The notes below the pieces were generated by a model. The model saw nothing but the letters and a program-made list of their open reading frames with translations. It was not told where the DNA came from and did not search any database. From an uncultured Actinomycetota bacterium (lineage in GTDB: Bacteria; Actinomycetota; Actinomycetes; Actinomycetales; Dermatophilaceae), in the NCBI GenBank assembly GCA_963776585.1, contig CAVZNA010000004.1, forward strand, positions 229,390 to 293,389: a DNA stretch of 64,000 bases, read 5' to 3'. Each line of letters opens with the position of its first letter. Within the stretch, counting starts at the first letter, position 1. Positions 54,124 through 63,001 of this stretch are shown one piece after another. Made by a program: the position numbers and the translations under genes.

Positions 54124-54963
54124 TCAGTTGAGGCGGGTCAGCTCCACCTCGACGAACATCTGCGAGGTGCCGGAGCCGGTGAAGATGCCGCGCAGCGGCG
54201 GGACGTCACCGTACTGGCGGCCCTGGGCCACCTCGACGTGCCGGTCGCCCGGCTGGATGTTGTTGGTCGGGTCGGCCCCGACCCACACGCCGTCCCACCA
54301 GCGCACCCAGGCGTGCGACTCACCGGTGTAGGGCACGCCCACCTCGGGCTCCCGAGGCGGCATCAGATATCCGGAGACATAGCAGGTGGGGATGCCGACC
54401 GAGCGCAGGCAGCCGATCGTCAGGTTGGCCATGTCCTGGCACACCCCCTTGCGCTGCTCCCACGCCTGGCCGGCCTGGGTGTGCACGCCGGTCGCGCCAC
54501 TGACGTAGTTCATCTCCTCGTGGACCAGCTCGATGACCTTGCGGGCGCAGTCTCCCGGGGTCGGCGACCCGGCCGCGATGTCCTGCACCCGGGCGAGCAG
54601 GTCGGCAGGGGGACGCACCTGGTCACTGATCTGGAGGTACTCACTGTGCTCGGCCTGCAGCGCGGGGTCACGCACCTGCTCCCAGGTCAGCTGTTCTCCC
54701 TCGATGGCGGGGCGCTGCACGTCCACCGTCGCCGAGGAGGTGACGATCAGCTCCTCGTGCCGCTCGTGCACCTCGAACGCGGTGACCGCGGTGCCCCAGT
54801 AGTCGTTGTAGGTGTGGGTCCACGCCGACGGGCTGATCTCGACCCGGGTATGCAGCACCTGCTGGTGCAGGGTGGACCGCGGGGTCATCCGGGCCTCGTT
54901 GTAGGAGGCGCTGGCGGCCCCGGCGTAGGTGTAGCCGGTCTTGTGCACGATCCGCAGCATCAT
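54124..54963 (-). CDS. Transglutaminase family protein with Bact_transglu_N domain
   Basis: IVHKTGYTY..SYNEARMTP, DYWGT, GVCQD, YVSGY, SHAW, DPTN, DVPPLRG. Confidence 0.93.
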   Translation of the reverse strand: MMLRIVHKTGYTYAGAASASYNEARMTPRSTLHQQVLHTRVEISPSAWTHTYNDYWGTAVTAFEVHERHEELIVTSSATVDVQRPAIEGEQLTWEQVRDPALQAEHSEYLQISDQVRPPADLLARVQDIAAGSPTPGDCARKVIELVHEEMNYVSGATGVHTQAGQAWEQRKGVCQDMANLTIGCLRSVGIPTCYVSGYLMPPREPEVGVPYTGESHAWVRWWDGVWVGADPTNNIQPGDRHVEVAQGRQYGDVPPLRGIFTGSGTSQMFVEVELTRLN

Positions 54964-54965
54964 GG

Positions 54966-55892
54966 TCAGCGCACCCCCGCGTGCCAGGTGACCGGGTTGG
55001 CGCCCTCGAAGTAGCGCTGGGCCACCGCGTCGTTGGCCTCGCTGCAGGTGCGCTGCAGCGCGGTCATCCGGCCCGGCAGGTCGCTGAGGATCTCGGTCAA
55101 GGGTTGGTACTCCAGCTCGGCTCGGGCGCGGCCGATCAGGCGCATCGCATCTCCGGTGAACCCGGCGCGGCGCTCGCCGACGTCGAGGTTGATCAGGGCC
55201 GCCTCCGCGCGGTTGAGGGAGAAGAGCAGGGACCGCGGGAAGAGCCGGTCGAGCAGCAGGAACTCGGCCGCGTCCCGCTCGGAGTCCGCGCCCCGGTACG
55301 TGCGCACGAACGCGTGGTGCGCACCGCAGGCCCGCAGCGTGGTCAGCCAGGCCTGCGGGGAGTCGGCGGTGTAGGCGGCGGCCTCGATCATGCGGGCGGT
55401 CATGTCGATGCGCTCCAGGCTGCGTCCGAGCACCAGGAACTGCCAGCCCTGGTCGTGGCTCATCGTGGAGTCGGCGATGCCGGAGATGACGGCGCAGCGC
55501 TCCCGGATCGTCTGGCAGGCCTGGGCGGGTCGGGCGCGCTCGATGTGGCCGCGCTGGATGATGTTCCAGGTGGTGTTGATGGCCTCCCACATCTCGGTGG
55601 AGACGATCTCGCGGGAGCGTCGGGCGCTCTCCCGGGCGCCCCAGAACGCCGCGACCATCGAGGCGTGGGAGCTCTGCTCCCACCCCAGCAGGCGCATGAC
55701 CGACCCCTGGTCGGTCTGGCCCTCCGGCTCCACCCCCATGACGGTGAGCAGGGCCCGGGAGGCGGCCTCCTCGTCGACGACGGGGTCCTCCAGCAGCAGC
55801 TGGAGATGCACGTCGAGCAGCCGGGAGGTGTCCTCGGCCCGCTCCAGGTAGCGCCCGATCCAGAAGAGCGACTCGGCGATGCGGCTCAGCAC
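54966..55892 (-). CDS. Alpha-E domain protein (DUF403)
   Basis: MLSRIAESLFWIGRYLERAE, LGRSLERIDMTAR, FPRS. Confidence 0.93.
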   Translation of the reverse strand: MLSRIAESLFWIGRYLERAEDTSRLLDVHLQLLLEDPVVDEEAASRALLTVMGVEPEGQTDQGSVMRLLGWEQSSHASMVAAFWGARESARRSREIVSTEMWEAINTTWNIIQRGHIERARPAQACQTIRERCAVISGIADSTMSHDQGWQFLVLGRSLERIDMTARMIEAAAYTADSPQAWLTTLRACGAHHAFVRTYRGADSERDAAEFLLLDRLFPRSLLFSLNRAEAALINLDVGERRAGFTGDAMRLIGRARAELEYQPLTEILSDLPGRMTALQRTCSEANDAVAQRYFEGANPVTWHAGVR

Positions 55893-57484
55893 GGGGTGAC
55901 CTCCTGTTCGGCCTGCTGCTGTTGCTGCTGCTCCTGTTCGGCCTGGGTCGCGGTGACCTGCGACTCCTGCAGGCGCACCTGCGGCTCGCTGAGCTGCTCC
56001 ACCGGCCGGGGGCGGGCGGCGATGCGGCGCCGTCGTCCGTCGCCGGCCAGCACCCAGGTGTCCTTCGAGCCGCCGCCCCGGCTGGAGTTGACGATCAGCT
56101 CACCCTCGCCCAGGGCGACGCGGGTGAGGCCGCCGGGGAGCACCCATACCCGGTTGCCGTCGTTGATCGCGAAGGGGCGCAGGTCGACGTGGCGGGGCTG
56201 CATGGTGTCCCCGATCATCGTCGGCACCGTCGACAGCTGCACCACCGGCTGCGCGATCCACCCGCGCGGGGCTCGTTGCACCGTGCGCCGCAGCTCCTCC
56301 AGCTCGGCCGGACTGGCCTGGGGGCCGATCACGATGCCCTTGCCGCCGGCGCCGTCGACCGGCTTGACCACCAGCTCGTGCAGCCGGTCCATGACCTCCT
56401 CGCGGTGCGTGGGGTCCTCCAGGCGCCAGGTGTCGACGTTGGGCAGGATGGGCTCCTCGCCGAGGTAGTAACGGATGATCTCGGGCAGGTAGGTGTACAT
56501 CAGCTTGTCGTCGGCCACCCCGTTGCCGACCGCGTTGGCGATCGTGACGTGGCCGGCCCGGGCGGCGTTGAGCAGGCCCGGGCAGCCCAGCGCGGAGTCG
56601 GAGCGGAAGTGCACCGGGTCGAGGAAGTCGTCGTCGACCCGGCGGTAGATGACGTGCACGGGGTGCAGACCATGCGTGGTGCGGATCATCACCCGGCCGG
56701 CCTGGGCCACCAGGTCACGGCCTTCCACCAGCTGGCAGCCCATCATCCGGGCCAGCAGCGAGTGCTCGAAGTAGGCCGAGTTGTAGGGACCCGGGGTGAG
56801 CACGACGACGGTCGGGTCGGAGACACCGCTGGGGGCCGCGGCGCGCAGGGCCGCGAGCAGCCGCTGCGGGTAGGCGGCCACCGGCCGGATGCGATGGGTG
56901 CTGACCACCTCGGGCAGGGTCTGGCTGAGCGCGCGGCGGTTGGTGAGCACGTAGGAGACACCCGAGGGGATGCGCACGTTGTCCTCGAGCACCCGGAAGT
57001 CGCCGTTGCCGTCCCGGATGAGGTCGATGCCGGAGACGTGGATGCGCACCCCGTTGAGCGGGGTGATCCCGAAGGCCGCCCGGTGGTAGTGGCTGGAGGA
57101 GGTGACGACGTGGCGCGGCAGGATGTTGTCGGCAAAGATCTCGCCGGCACCGTAGATGTCGTCGAGCAGCCGCTCCAGGGCCTGCACCCGCTGGCCGACG
57201 CCGGCCTCCACGTGGGCCCACGACTCGGCGTCGATGATGCGGGGCATGATGTCGAGCGGGAAGGGCCGCTCCTCGCCGCCGATGTCGAACGTCACACCTT
57301 GGTCGCGGTAGGTCGAGGAGAGATAGTCCGAGCGTGACTGCAGGTCCTCCGAGCCCACCTCCTCGACGGCCTCGGCGAGGTGCCGGTATGCCGAGCGCAC
57401 CGTCTCGTCGGGCTCGGCCTCCCAGGCGAACATCTCGTCGTGCTTGTCCGGCGCGAGCGGGTAGTCCTCGAAGAGTCCGGGCAT
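55886..57484 (-). CDS. Circularly permuted type 2 ATP-grasp protein
   Basis: GIDLIR, VLEDNVRIPSGVSY, TPGPYNSAYFEH, IYRRVDDDFLDP, GNGVADDK, HVDLRPF, NSSRGGGSKDTW. Confidence 0.95.
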   Translation of the reverse strand: MPGLFEDYPLAPDKHDEMFAWEAEPDETVRSAYRHLAEAVEEVGSEDLQSRSDYLSSTYRDQGVTFDIGGEERPFPLDIMPRIIDAESWAHVEAGVGQRVQALERLLDDIYGAGEIFADNILPRHVVTSSSHYHRAAFGITPLNGVRIHVSGIDLIRDGNGDFRVLEDNVRIPSGVSYVLTNRRALSQTLPEVVSTHRIRPVAAYPQRLLAALRAAAPSGVSDPTVVVLTPGPYNSAYFEHSLLARMMGCQLVEGRDLVAQAGRVMIRTTHGLHPVHVIYRRVDDDFLDPVHFRSDSALGCPGLLNAARAGHVTIANAVGNGVADDKLMYTYLPEIIRYYLGEEPILPNVDTWRLEDPTHREEVMDRLHELVVKPVDGAGGKGIVIGPQASPAELEELRRTVQRAPRGWIAQPVVQLSTVPTMIGDTMQPRHVDLRPFAINDGNRVWVLPGGLTRVALGEGELIVNSSRGGGSKDTWVLAGDGRRRRIAARPRPVEQLSEPQVRLQESQVTATQAEQEQQQQQQAEQEVTPC

Positions 57485-57541
57485 GCAGGGAGCCTACCGA
57501 CCCCGCGCGCCAGGGGTCGGCCCCTGGTCACCGGGCCCGCT

Positions 57542-57558
57542 TCACCCGGGCTGGGTGA
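57542..57558. promoter_or_regulatory. Palindromic operator-like site
   Basis: TCACCC-GGGCT-GGGTGA, 22 nt upstream of a TAGCGT -10 box. Confidence 0.6.
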
Positions 57559-57592
57559 GGGCCGGGGGTAGTGCCGGGCCTAGCGTCGAGAG

Positions 57593-58252
57593 GTGACCGC
57601 TTCCGGGGCCAGGCAGGGAGAGCGGCGGCTGCCCATGGCGGTCGCGGTCCTGGCGGCGGGCGTCATGTCCACGTTCATCCCGGCGGACTTCCGGGTCTCG
57701 GAGGTCACCCGCTACGGCTATCCCCTTCTGGTTCTGGCCTTCCTCCTGGTGCTCGTCGTGGGTGACCCGGGGCGCATCGACAAGGAGAACCGGTGGCTGC
57801 GCGTGACCACCGGGGTCATGATCGTCGTCATCACCGTGGCCAGCGCTGCCGCGGCGGTGCGCGTCGTCGTCGGGATCCTGCAGCAGGCCCCGTTCGCGAG
57901 TCCGGTGGAGCTGCTGGTCCTGGGGGTGGTCGTCTGGACGACCAACGTGATCGCCTTCGCCCTCTGGTTCTGGCACCTCGACGGGGGCGGCCCCGCAGCG
58001 CGGGCCCACGGCAGAACGACCAGCCGGCCGGCTTTCCGCTTCCCCGAGCACGACATCCCCGAGCTCCAGGCGGCGGGGTGGCGCCCGGAGTTCATCGACT
58101 ACTTCGCCCTGTCCTTCGGCACGTCGACCGCGTTCAGTCCCGCCGACGTGTCCGGCATCCGGCACTGGTCCAAGCTGCTGATGATGGTCGAGTCGTCCTT
58201 CTCCCTCGTCCTCGTCGCCCTTGTCGTGGCCCGTGCCGTCAACGTCCTGTAG
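57593..58252 (+). CDS. DUF1345-like membrane protein
   Basis: WTTNVIAFALWFWHLDGGGP, FRFP, FIDYFALSF..STAFSPAD, VARAVNVL. Confidence 0.82.
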   Translation: MTASGARQGERRLPMAVAVLAAGVMSTFIPADFRVSEVTRYGYPLLVLAFLLVLVVGDPGRIDKENRWLRVTTGVMIVVITVASAAAAVRVVVGILQQAPFASPVELLVLGVVVWTTNVIAFALWFWHLDGGGPAARAHGRTTSRPAFRFPEHDIPELQAAGWRPEFIDYFALSFGTSTAFSPADVSGIRHWSKLLMMVESSFSLVLVALVVARAVNVL

Positions 58253-58272
58253 AGCGAGCAGAGGAGAGGGTC

Positions 58273-58953
58273 ATGGACCCGGAGTCGGTCAGAGAGGCGG
58301 TCAGGGAGTCGGTGCGCGGGCCCGCCTCGGCAGCCATCGCCGGGCTGGTGTTCGGCGGGATCTTCGGGACGGTGATCCTGCTCTTCCACAGGGTCAGACC
58401 CGCGGTCGTCGCGGACTCCGCGACCTGGGTGAGCAGCGCCGACAGCCGGGCCGCCGTCGACCTCGCGCTGGGTCTCATCCCTTTTGCGGGGATCGCGTTC
58501 CTCTGGTTCATCGCCGTCATCCGGGCCCGGGTCGGGTCCCGTCAGGACCGCTTCTTCGAGACCGTCTTCCTCGGTTCGGGCCTGCTCTTCGTGGCGATGC
58601 TGTTCACGACGGCCGCGGCGGCACGGGGCGTCCTCGTGCTGCTCGAGGCCGGGGTGACGCTGCCGGACGAGACGGTCGCGTATGCGTGGGTGTTCGCCTC
58701 GACCCTGACCGGCGCCTTCGGTGCCCGCATGGCAGCCGTGTTCATGATCACCACGACGACGATGGGCCTTCGCACGGGTGCGGTGCCCCGCTGGCTCGCG
58801 GTGCCCGGCTACCTCGCCGCCGTGCTGTTGCTGCTCACGCCGCCGCTGCCCAACCTCATCCAGTTCCTCTTCCCGGCGTGGGTCGTCGCACTCAGCCTGT
58901 ACGTGCTGGCTCAGCGACGGGTCGCTGCACCCGGCTCGGCAGGTCCCGGGTGA
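58273..58953 (+). CDS. Hypothetical multi-pass membrane protein
   Basis: About 6 TM; PFAGIAFLWFIAVIR, DRFFETVFLGSGLLF, RMAAVF; GAGGAG RBS. Confidence 0.8.
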   Translation: MDPESVREAVRESVRGPASAAIAGLVFGGIFGTVILLFHRVRPAVVADSATWVSSADSRAAVDLALGLIPFAGIAFLWFIAVIRARVGSRQDRFFETVFLGSGLLFVAMLFTTAAAARGVLVLLEAGVTLPDETVAYAWVFASTLTGAFGARMAAVFMITTTTMGLRTGAVPRWLAVPGYLAAVLLLLTPPLPNLIQFLFPAWVVALSLYVLAQRRVAAPGSAGPG

Positions 58954-60493
58954 AGGGGATCGACAGCAGGGCCAGCAGCGCCGCACCCAGCAGGCCGGCC
59001 TTGAGCGATCGGAGCTGCGCCTGCTCGTAGTCCTCGACCAGGGCAGCGACCGTCGTCTCGTCCAGGCCTGCCTGCGTCGCGACGGTCTCGACCTGGTTGG
59101 AGGGCATGAAGTCGATGCCGGACTCCAGGGCCTCGCTGAGCTGCACGGAGACCTCGTCGCTGACCTCCGGGCTGTCCTGGACGTTGGCGACGAACGCGGT
59201 GGTCAGACCGGACAGCACGACGGCGCCGATCAGCGCCACCCCGAGGGAGGACCCGAGCTGCTGTCCGGTGAACTGCAGCCCACCGGCCTCGCTGCGGCCG
59301 GAGGAGTCCACCGAGGCCTGCACGACCTTGCCGAGCTGAGAGGCGAGCAGACCCATGCCGACACCGAGGCCCGCCATCGCCACGGCGAAGGCCACATCGG
59401 CCAGCTGTGGGCGGACCGTGGCGAGCAGGAGCAGCACCGAGGCCAAGGCGACCCACAGCCCGGTGCGCACCAGCGTGCGGATCGCGAAACGGGTGGCCAG
59501 GCGTGCCCCCACGGCCGACGCGACGAACATCGCGATCGAGACGGGCAACATCCGGATACCGGTCTCCAGCGCGTCATAGCCCAGCACGAGCTGCAGGTAG
59601 AGCGGCACCGTGAAGAACACGCCCATGAGCACGAGGTTCTGGCTCACGAGGCCGAGCAGTCCGGCCCGCAGTGGTGGGATCCTCAGCAGGTCGAGGTGCA
59701 CGAGCGGGTCCCTGCCGGTGTCCTCGCGATGCCGCTGCCAGGCGACGAAGGCCCAGACCAGCACTCCACCGAGCGCGATGAGGAAGATCGACAGCGAGAA
59801 GCCGAGCGGCTCGACCGGGGAGTCCTTGGGTAGGACCCAGCCCCAGGTGCTCGACTGGAGCACGCCCAGCACGATGACCCCCAGGGCCGTCGCGGACAGC
59901 ACCGTGCCGACCACGTCGAGGCGCGGGACCGGCCCAGGGCGGTCGGCGTCGCGGATCAGCCGGGTCATCGCCAGGATCAGCAGCACGAGCACGACCTCGC
60001 CCACGAACACGACCCGCCAGGACAGCGCGGTGGTGGCCCAGCCGCCGAGGATCGGCCCGATGGCGATGCCCGCACCCGCCACCCCGCCGATGACGGCGTA
60101 GGCGACGTTGCGCTCCTTGCCCTCGTAGTTGCCGGCGATGAGTGCGACCAGAGCAGGCATCACCAGGGCCGCGCCGACGCCCTCCAGGATCGACCACCCC
60201 AGGGTGAGGACCAGCACGTTCGGGGCTGCCGCCGTCACCGCGGAGCCGAGGCCGTATATGACCAGCCCGACCGCGAACGCGCGACGGCGTCCGATGATGT
60301 CGCCGATCTTGCCGCCGGTGAGCATGAACATCGCCATGGTCAGGCAGTAGAGAGTGATCACGGTCTGGATGGTCGTGACGGTCGTGTCGAAGTCGACGAC
60401 CAGGGTGCTGATCGACACGTTCATCACGGACTGGTCGAGCACCATGACGAACTGTGCTGTCGCGAGCGCGACCAGCGGCCACCACTTCGTCAT
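58892..60493 (-). CDS. 14-TM MFS transporter (EmrB/QacA-like)
   Basis: QFVMVLDQSVMNV, GKIGDIIGRR, GPILGG, SWR; AGGAGG RBS. Confidence 0.92.
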   Translation of the reverse strand: MTKWWPLVALATAQFVMVLDQSVMNVSISTLVVDFDTTVTTIQTVITLYCLTMAMFMLTGGKIGDIIGRRRAFAVGLVIYGLGSAVTAAAPNVLVLTLGWSILEGVGAALVMPALVALIAGNYEGKERNVAYAVIGGVAGAGIAIGPILGGWATTALSWRVVFVGEVVLVLLILAMTRLIRDADRPGPVPRLDVVGTVLSATALGVIVLGVLQSSTWGWVLPKDSPVEPLGFSLSIFLIALGGVLVWAFVAWQRHREDTGRDPLVHLDLLRIPPLRAGLLGLVSQNLVLMGVFFTVPLYLQLVLGYDALETGIRMLPVSIAMFVASAVGARLATRFAIRTLVRTGLWVALASVLLLLATVRPQLADVAFAVAMAGLGVGMGLLASQLGKVVQASVDSSGRSEAGGLQFTGQQLGSSLGVALIGAVVLSGLTTAFVANVQDSPEVSDEVSVQLSEALESGIDFMPSNQVETVATQAGLDETTVAALVEDYEQAQLRSLKAGLLGAALLALLSIPFTRDLPSRVQRPVAEPARTG

Positions 60494-60565
60494 GTCGCCT
60501 CCTGTCGCCGGCTGCGTGGACGTCGTGTCCCCCCGCATTGAACCGCGTGCACGACCCGGTGCGAC

Positions 60566-60582
60566 TCACCCTGTCCGGGTGG
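60566..60582. promoter_or_regulatory. Second copy of the operator-like palindrome
   Basis: TCACCC-TGTCC-GGGTGG upstream of the MFS gene. Confidence 0.5.
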
Positions 60583-60639
60583 CTCCGGCGAGGAGGTCAC
60601 GTGGCGCCAGCGGTGCACCGGCCCACCTAGTCTGAAGGC

Positions 60640-61593
60640 ATGCACGATCTCACCGACCGGCTGGTGCTGGGCACGATGTACTTCGGCACCACGACCGATG
60701 ACGCCACCTCGCGGAGGTTGCTCGACCGGTTCGTCGAGGCAGGGGGGCGCACCCTCGACACCGCCAACTGCTATGCCTTCTGGGCCTCCGGCACCGGGGC
60801 CGGTGGGCAGAGCGAGTCCACGATCGGGGCCTGGCTCGCGGACAACCCGGGCCTGCGGACCGACCTGGAGATCGCGTCCAAGGTGGGCCAGGAGCCGCTC
60901 ACTCCGGGGGTCTTCCTGCCGCCGTGGGAGGGGCTGGGGCGCCGGGTCATCGAGCGGGAATGCGTGCGCAGCCTCGACCGGCTCGGCATCGAGAGCCTCG
61001 ACGTCTACTGGGCGCACGGTGAGGACCGGTCGGTGGACCTCGCCGAGGTGGTCGCGACCTTCGGCGAGCTCGTCGACCAGGGTGTCGTCGGGTCGCTGGG
61101 CATCAGCAACCATCCCACCTGGCGGGTCGAGCGCGCCCGGTCCCTGGCCCACGCGGCAGGCACCGAGCCGTTCACCGCGCTGCAGCTCACCACCTCCTAC
61201 CTGCAGCCCCGGCCCGGGGTCCAGGTGCCGGGCAAGGACCACCGGTTCGGCTTCGTCGTGGACGAGACCTGGGACTACCTGGTCGAGAACCCGGAGGTGG
61301 AGCTGTGGGTCTACAGCCCGCTGCTGCAGGGTGCCTACGACCGCACCGACCGTCCGCTGCCCGAGGTCTACGACCACCCCGGCACCACCCGGCGGCTCAC
61401 GGTGCTGGGCGAGGTCGCCGGCGAGGTCGGCGCCACCCGTGGCCAGGTGGTGCTGGCCTGGCTGCTGCACCGTGGCAGCCAGGTGCGGCCGATCGTCGGC
61501 GCGAGCTCCGTGGCCCAGCTCGACGAGGCGCTCGCGGCGGCCCGGATCGACCTGTCGCCGGAGCAGATGGCGCGCCTGGACACCGCCGGCTGA
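60640..61593 (+). CDS. Aldo/keto reductase
   Basis: LGTMYFG, DTANCY, SKVG, SLDRLG..LDVYWAH, GISN, YSPL, PIVGASS. Confidence 0.92.
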   Translation: MHDLTDRLVLGTMYFGTTTDDATSRRLLDRFVEAGGRTLDTANCYAFWASGTGAGGQSESTIGAWLADNPGLRTDLEIASKVGQEPLTPGVFLPPWEGLGRRVIERECVRSLDRLGIESLDVYWAHGEDRSVDLAEVVATFGELVDQGVVGSLGISNHPTWRVERARSLAHAAGTEPFTALQLTTSYLQPRPGVQVPGKDHRFGFVVDETWDYLVENPEVELWVYSPLLQGAYDRTDRPLPEVYDHPGTTRRLTVLGEVAGEVGATRGQVVLAWLLHRGSQVRPIVGASSVAQLDEALAAARIDLSPEQMARLDTAG

Positions 61594-61611
61594 CCCCGCA
61601 TACGCGGGCGC

Positions 61612-62376
61612 TCAGCGCGGCGGTCGTCGCCCCAGCCGTCGGGAGACCTCGGCGGCACACGTCTGCACCGCAGCCACGAGGTCGGCCGGCGGGTGCGGGT
61701 CCTCGGAGATCGGGAAGGTCGCGGCCACCCCCGCCACGGGGTGGTCGGCATGGTCCAGCACGGCGGCGGCCACGGAGGCCAGCCCGGGGGTGACCGAGCC
61801 GACCTCCAGCGCGTAGCCCCGGGTGCGGGTCTGCACCAGCAGTGGACGGAGCGTGGTCAGCGATGTCGGTCCGGTGCCGTGCCGCTGCACGAAGGCGTCG
61901 GCGGAGGGGAACAGGGCCCGCACCTGCGCCGCGGGCAGGGCCGCGAGGATGGCCAGCCCGCTGGCCGTCAACGAGGCCGGCAGCCGGACCCCGACATCGC
62001 TGACCAGTGACGGCCGTCCGGACACCCGCTCCTCGATCACGTAGACGACGTCGCGCCCGTGCAGCACCACCAGGTGCGCGTTGTGGCCGGTGCGGTCGGC
62101 GAGCCGGGTGAGCAGCGGCCGCGCGATGCGCTGCAGCGCGCCCTGCCGCGAGTAGGCGGACCCGAGCTCGAAGGCCGCGACCCCCAGCCCGTACCGCCGC
62201 TCCTCGGGCAGGTGCACGACGAAGCCGCGGTCCACCAGCACGCCGAGCAGCCGGTATGCCGTGGAGCGCGGGATCCCCAGCTCGCGGGCGATCGTGGCCG
62301 CCGGCAGCGGGCCGGCGTGCCGGGAGAGCAGCAGCAGCAGCGCCAGCGCATGGTCGGCGGCTGGAGCGGCACTCAT
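61612..62376 (-). CDS. IclR family regulator
   Basis: HTH IARELGIPRSTAYRLL, RYGLG, VGVRLPASLTASG, RGYA, ASVAAAV. Confidence 0.93.
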   Translation of the reverse strand: MSAAPAADHALALLLLLSRHAGPLPAATIARELGIPRSTAYRLLGVLVDRGFVVHLPEERRYGLGVAAFELGSAYSRQGALQRIARPLLTRLADRTGHNAHLVVLHGRDVVYVIEERVSGRPSLVSDVGVRLPASLTASGLAILAALPAAQVRALFPSADAFVQRHGTGPTSLTTLRPLLVQTRTRGYALEVGSVTPGLASVAAAVLDHADHPVAGVAATFPISEDPHPPADLVAAVQTCAAEVSRRLGRRPPR

Positions 62377-62442
62377 CGACGGCCCGGCCGGCTGGGGGTG
62401 CTCACAGGATCAGTATCCCCACCTGCGGCTATGGTCGGGCGC

Positions 62443-62955
62443 ATGGATCAGCGCGAGGTCGACGCCTTCTGGGAGGACGCCCGGGTGCGGGCCGGTCTCA
62501 ACCCTGCCGGGGTCTACCTCGGCCGCAACGTCGAGGAGACGCTGCAGCCGCCGGCGTGGTCGTTCGGGTCCGACCCGGTGCACGCCGACCGCATGGTCGA
62601 GCTGGTGCTGGCCGGCACCAAGACGGCCATGGCCAGCGCGCGCTCGGAGTACGACGCCGACGGCCAGGACCTGCCCGAGCCCGGTGACCTGTCCATCGTC
62701 CTGGACGGCGCGGGGCGTCCCCGGGCTCTCATCCGCACCACCGACGTGCGGGTCGTGGCCTTCGGGGACGTCGACGCCGAGCACGCCCGCGCCGAGGGTG
62801 AGGGCGACGGGTCGCTGCAGCACTGGCGTGCCGCGCACCGCGACCTGCTCGGTCGCAGCGCTGCGGTGGACGAACCCGGTGAGGTCGTGCTGGAGCGTTT
62901 CCGGGTGCTGGTGGGGCACGGCCGCGAGGCGCACGACTCCGTCACCGCAGGGTGA
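62443..62955 (+). CDS. ASCH domain protein
   Basis: WSFG, VLAGTKTA, AEGEGDGSL..WR..H, VVLERF. Confidence 0.9.
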   Translation: MDQREVDAFWEDARVRAGLNPAGVYLGRNVEETLQPPAWSFGSDPVHADRMVELVLAGTKTAMASARSEYDADGQDLPEPGDLSIVLDGAGRPRALIRTTDVRVVAFGDVDAEHARAEGEGDGSLQHWRAAHRDLLGRSAAVDEPGEVVLERFRVLVGHGREAHDSVTAG

Positions 62956-63001
62956 CCGCAGCAGGGCACACCTCGGTCGTCCCCACGGCGGGGCGGAGCC
63001 G

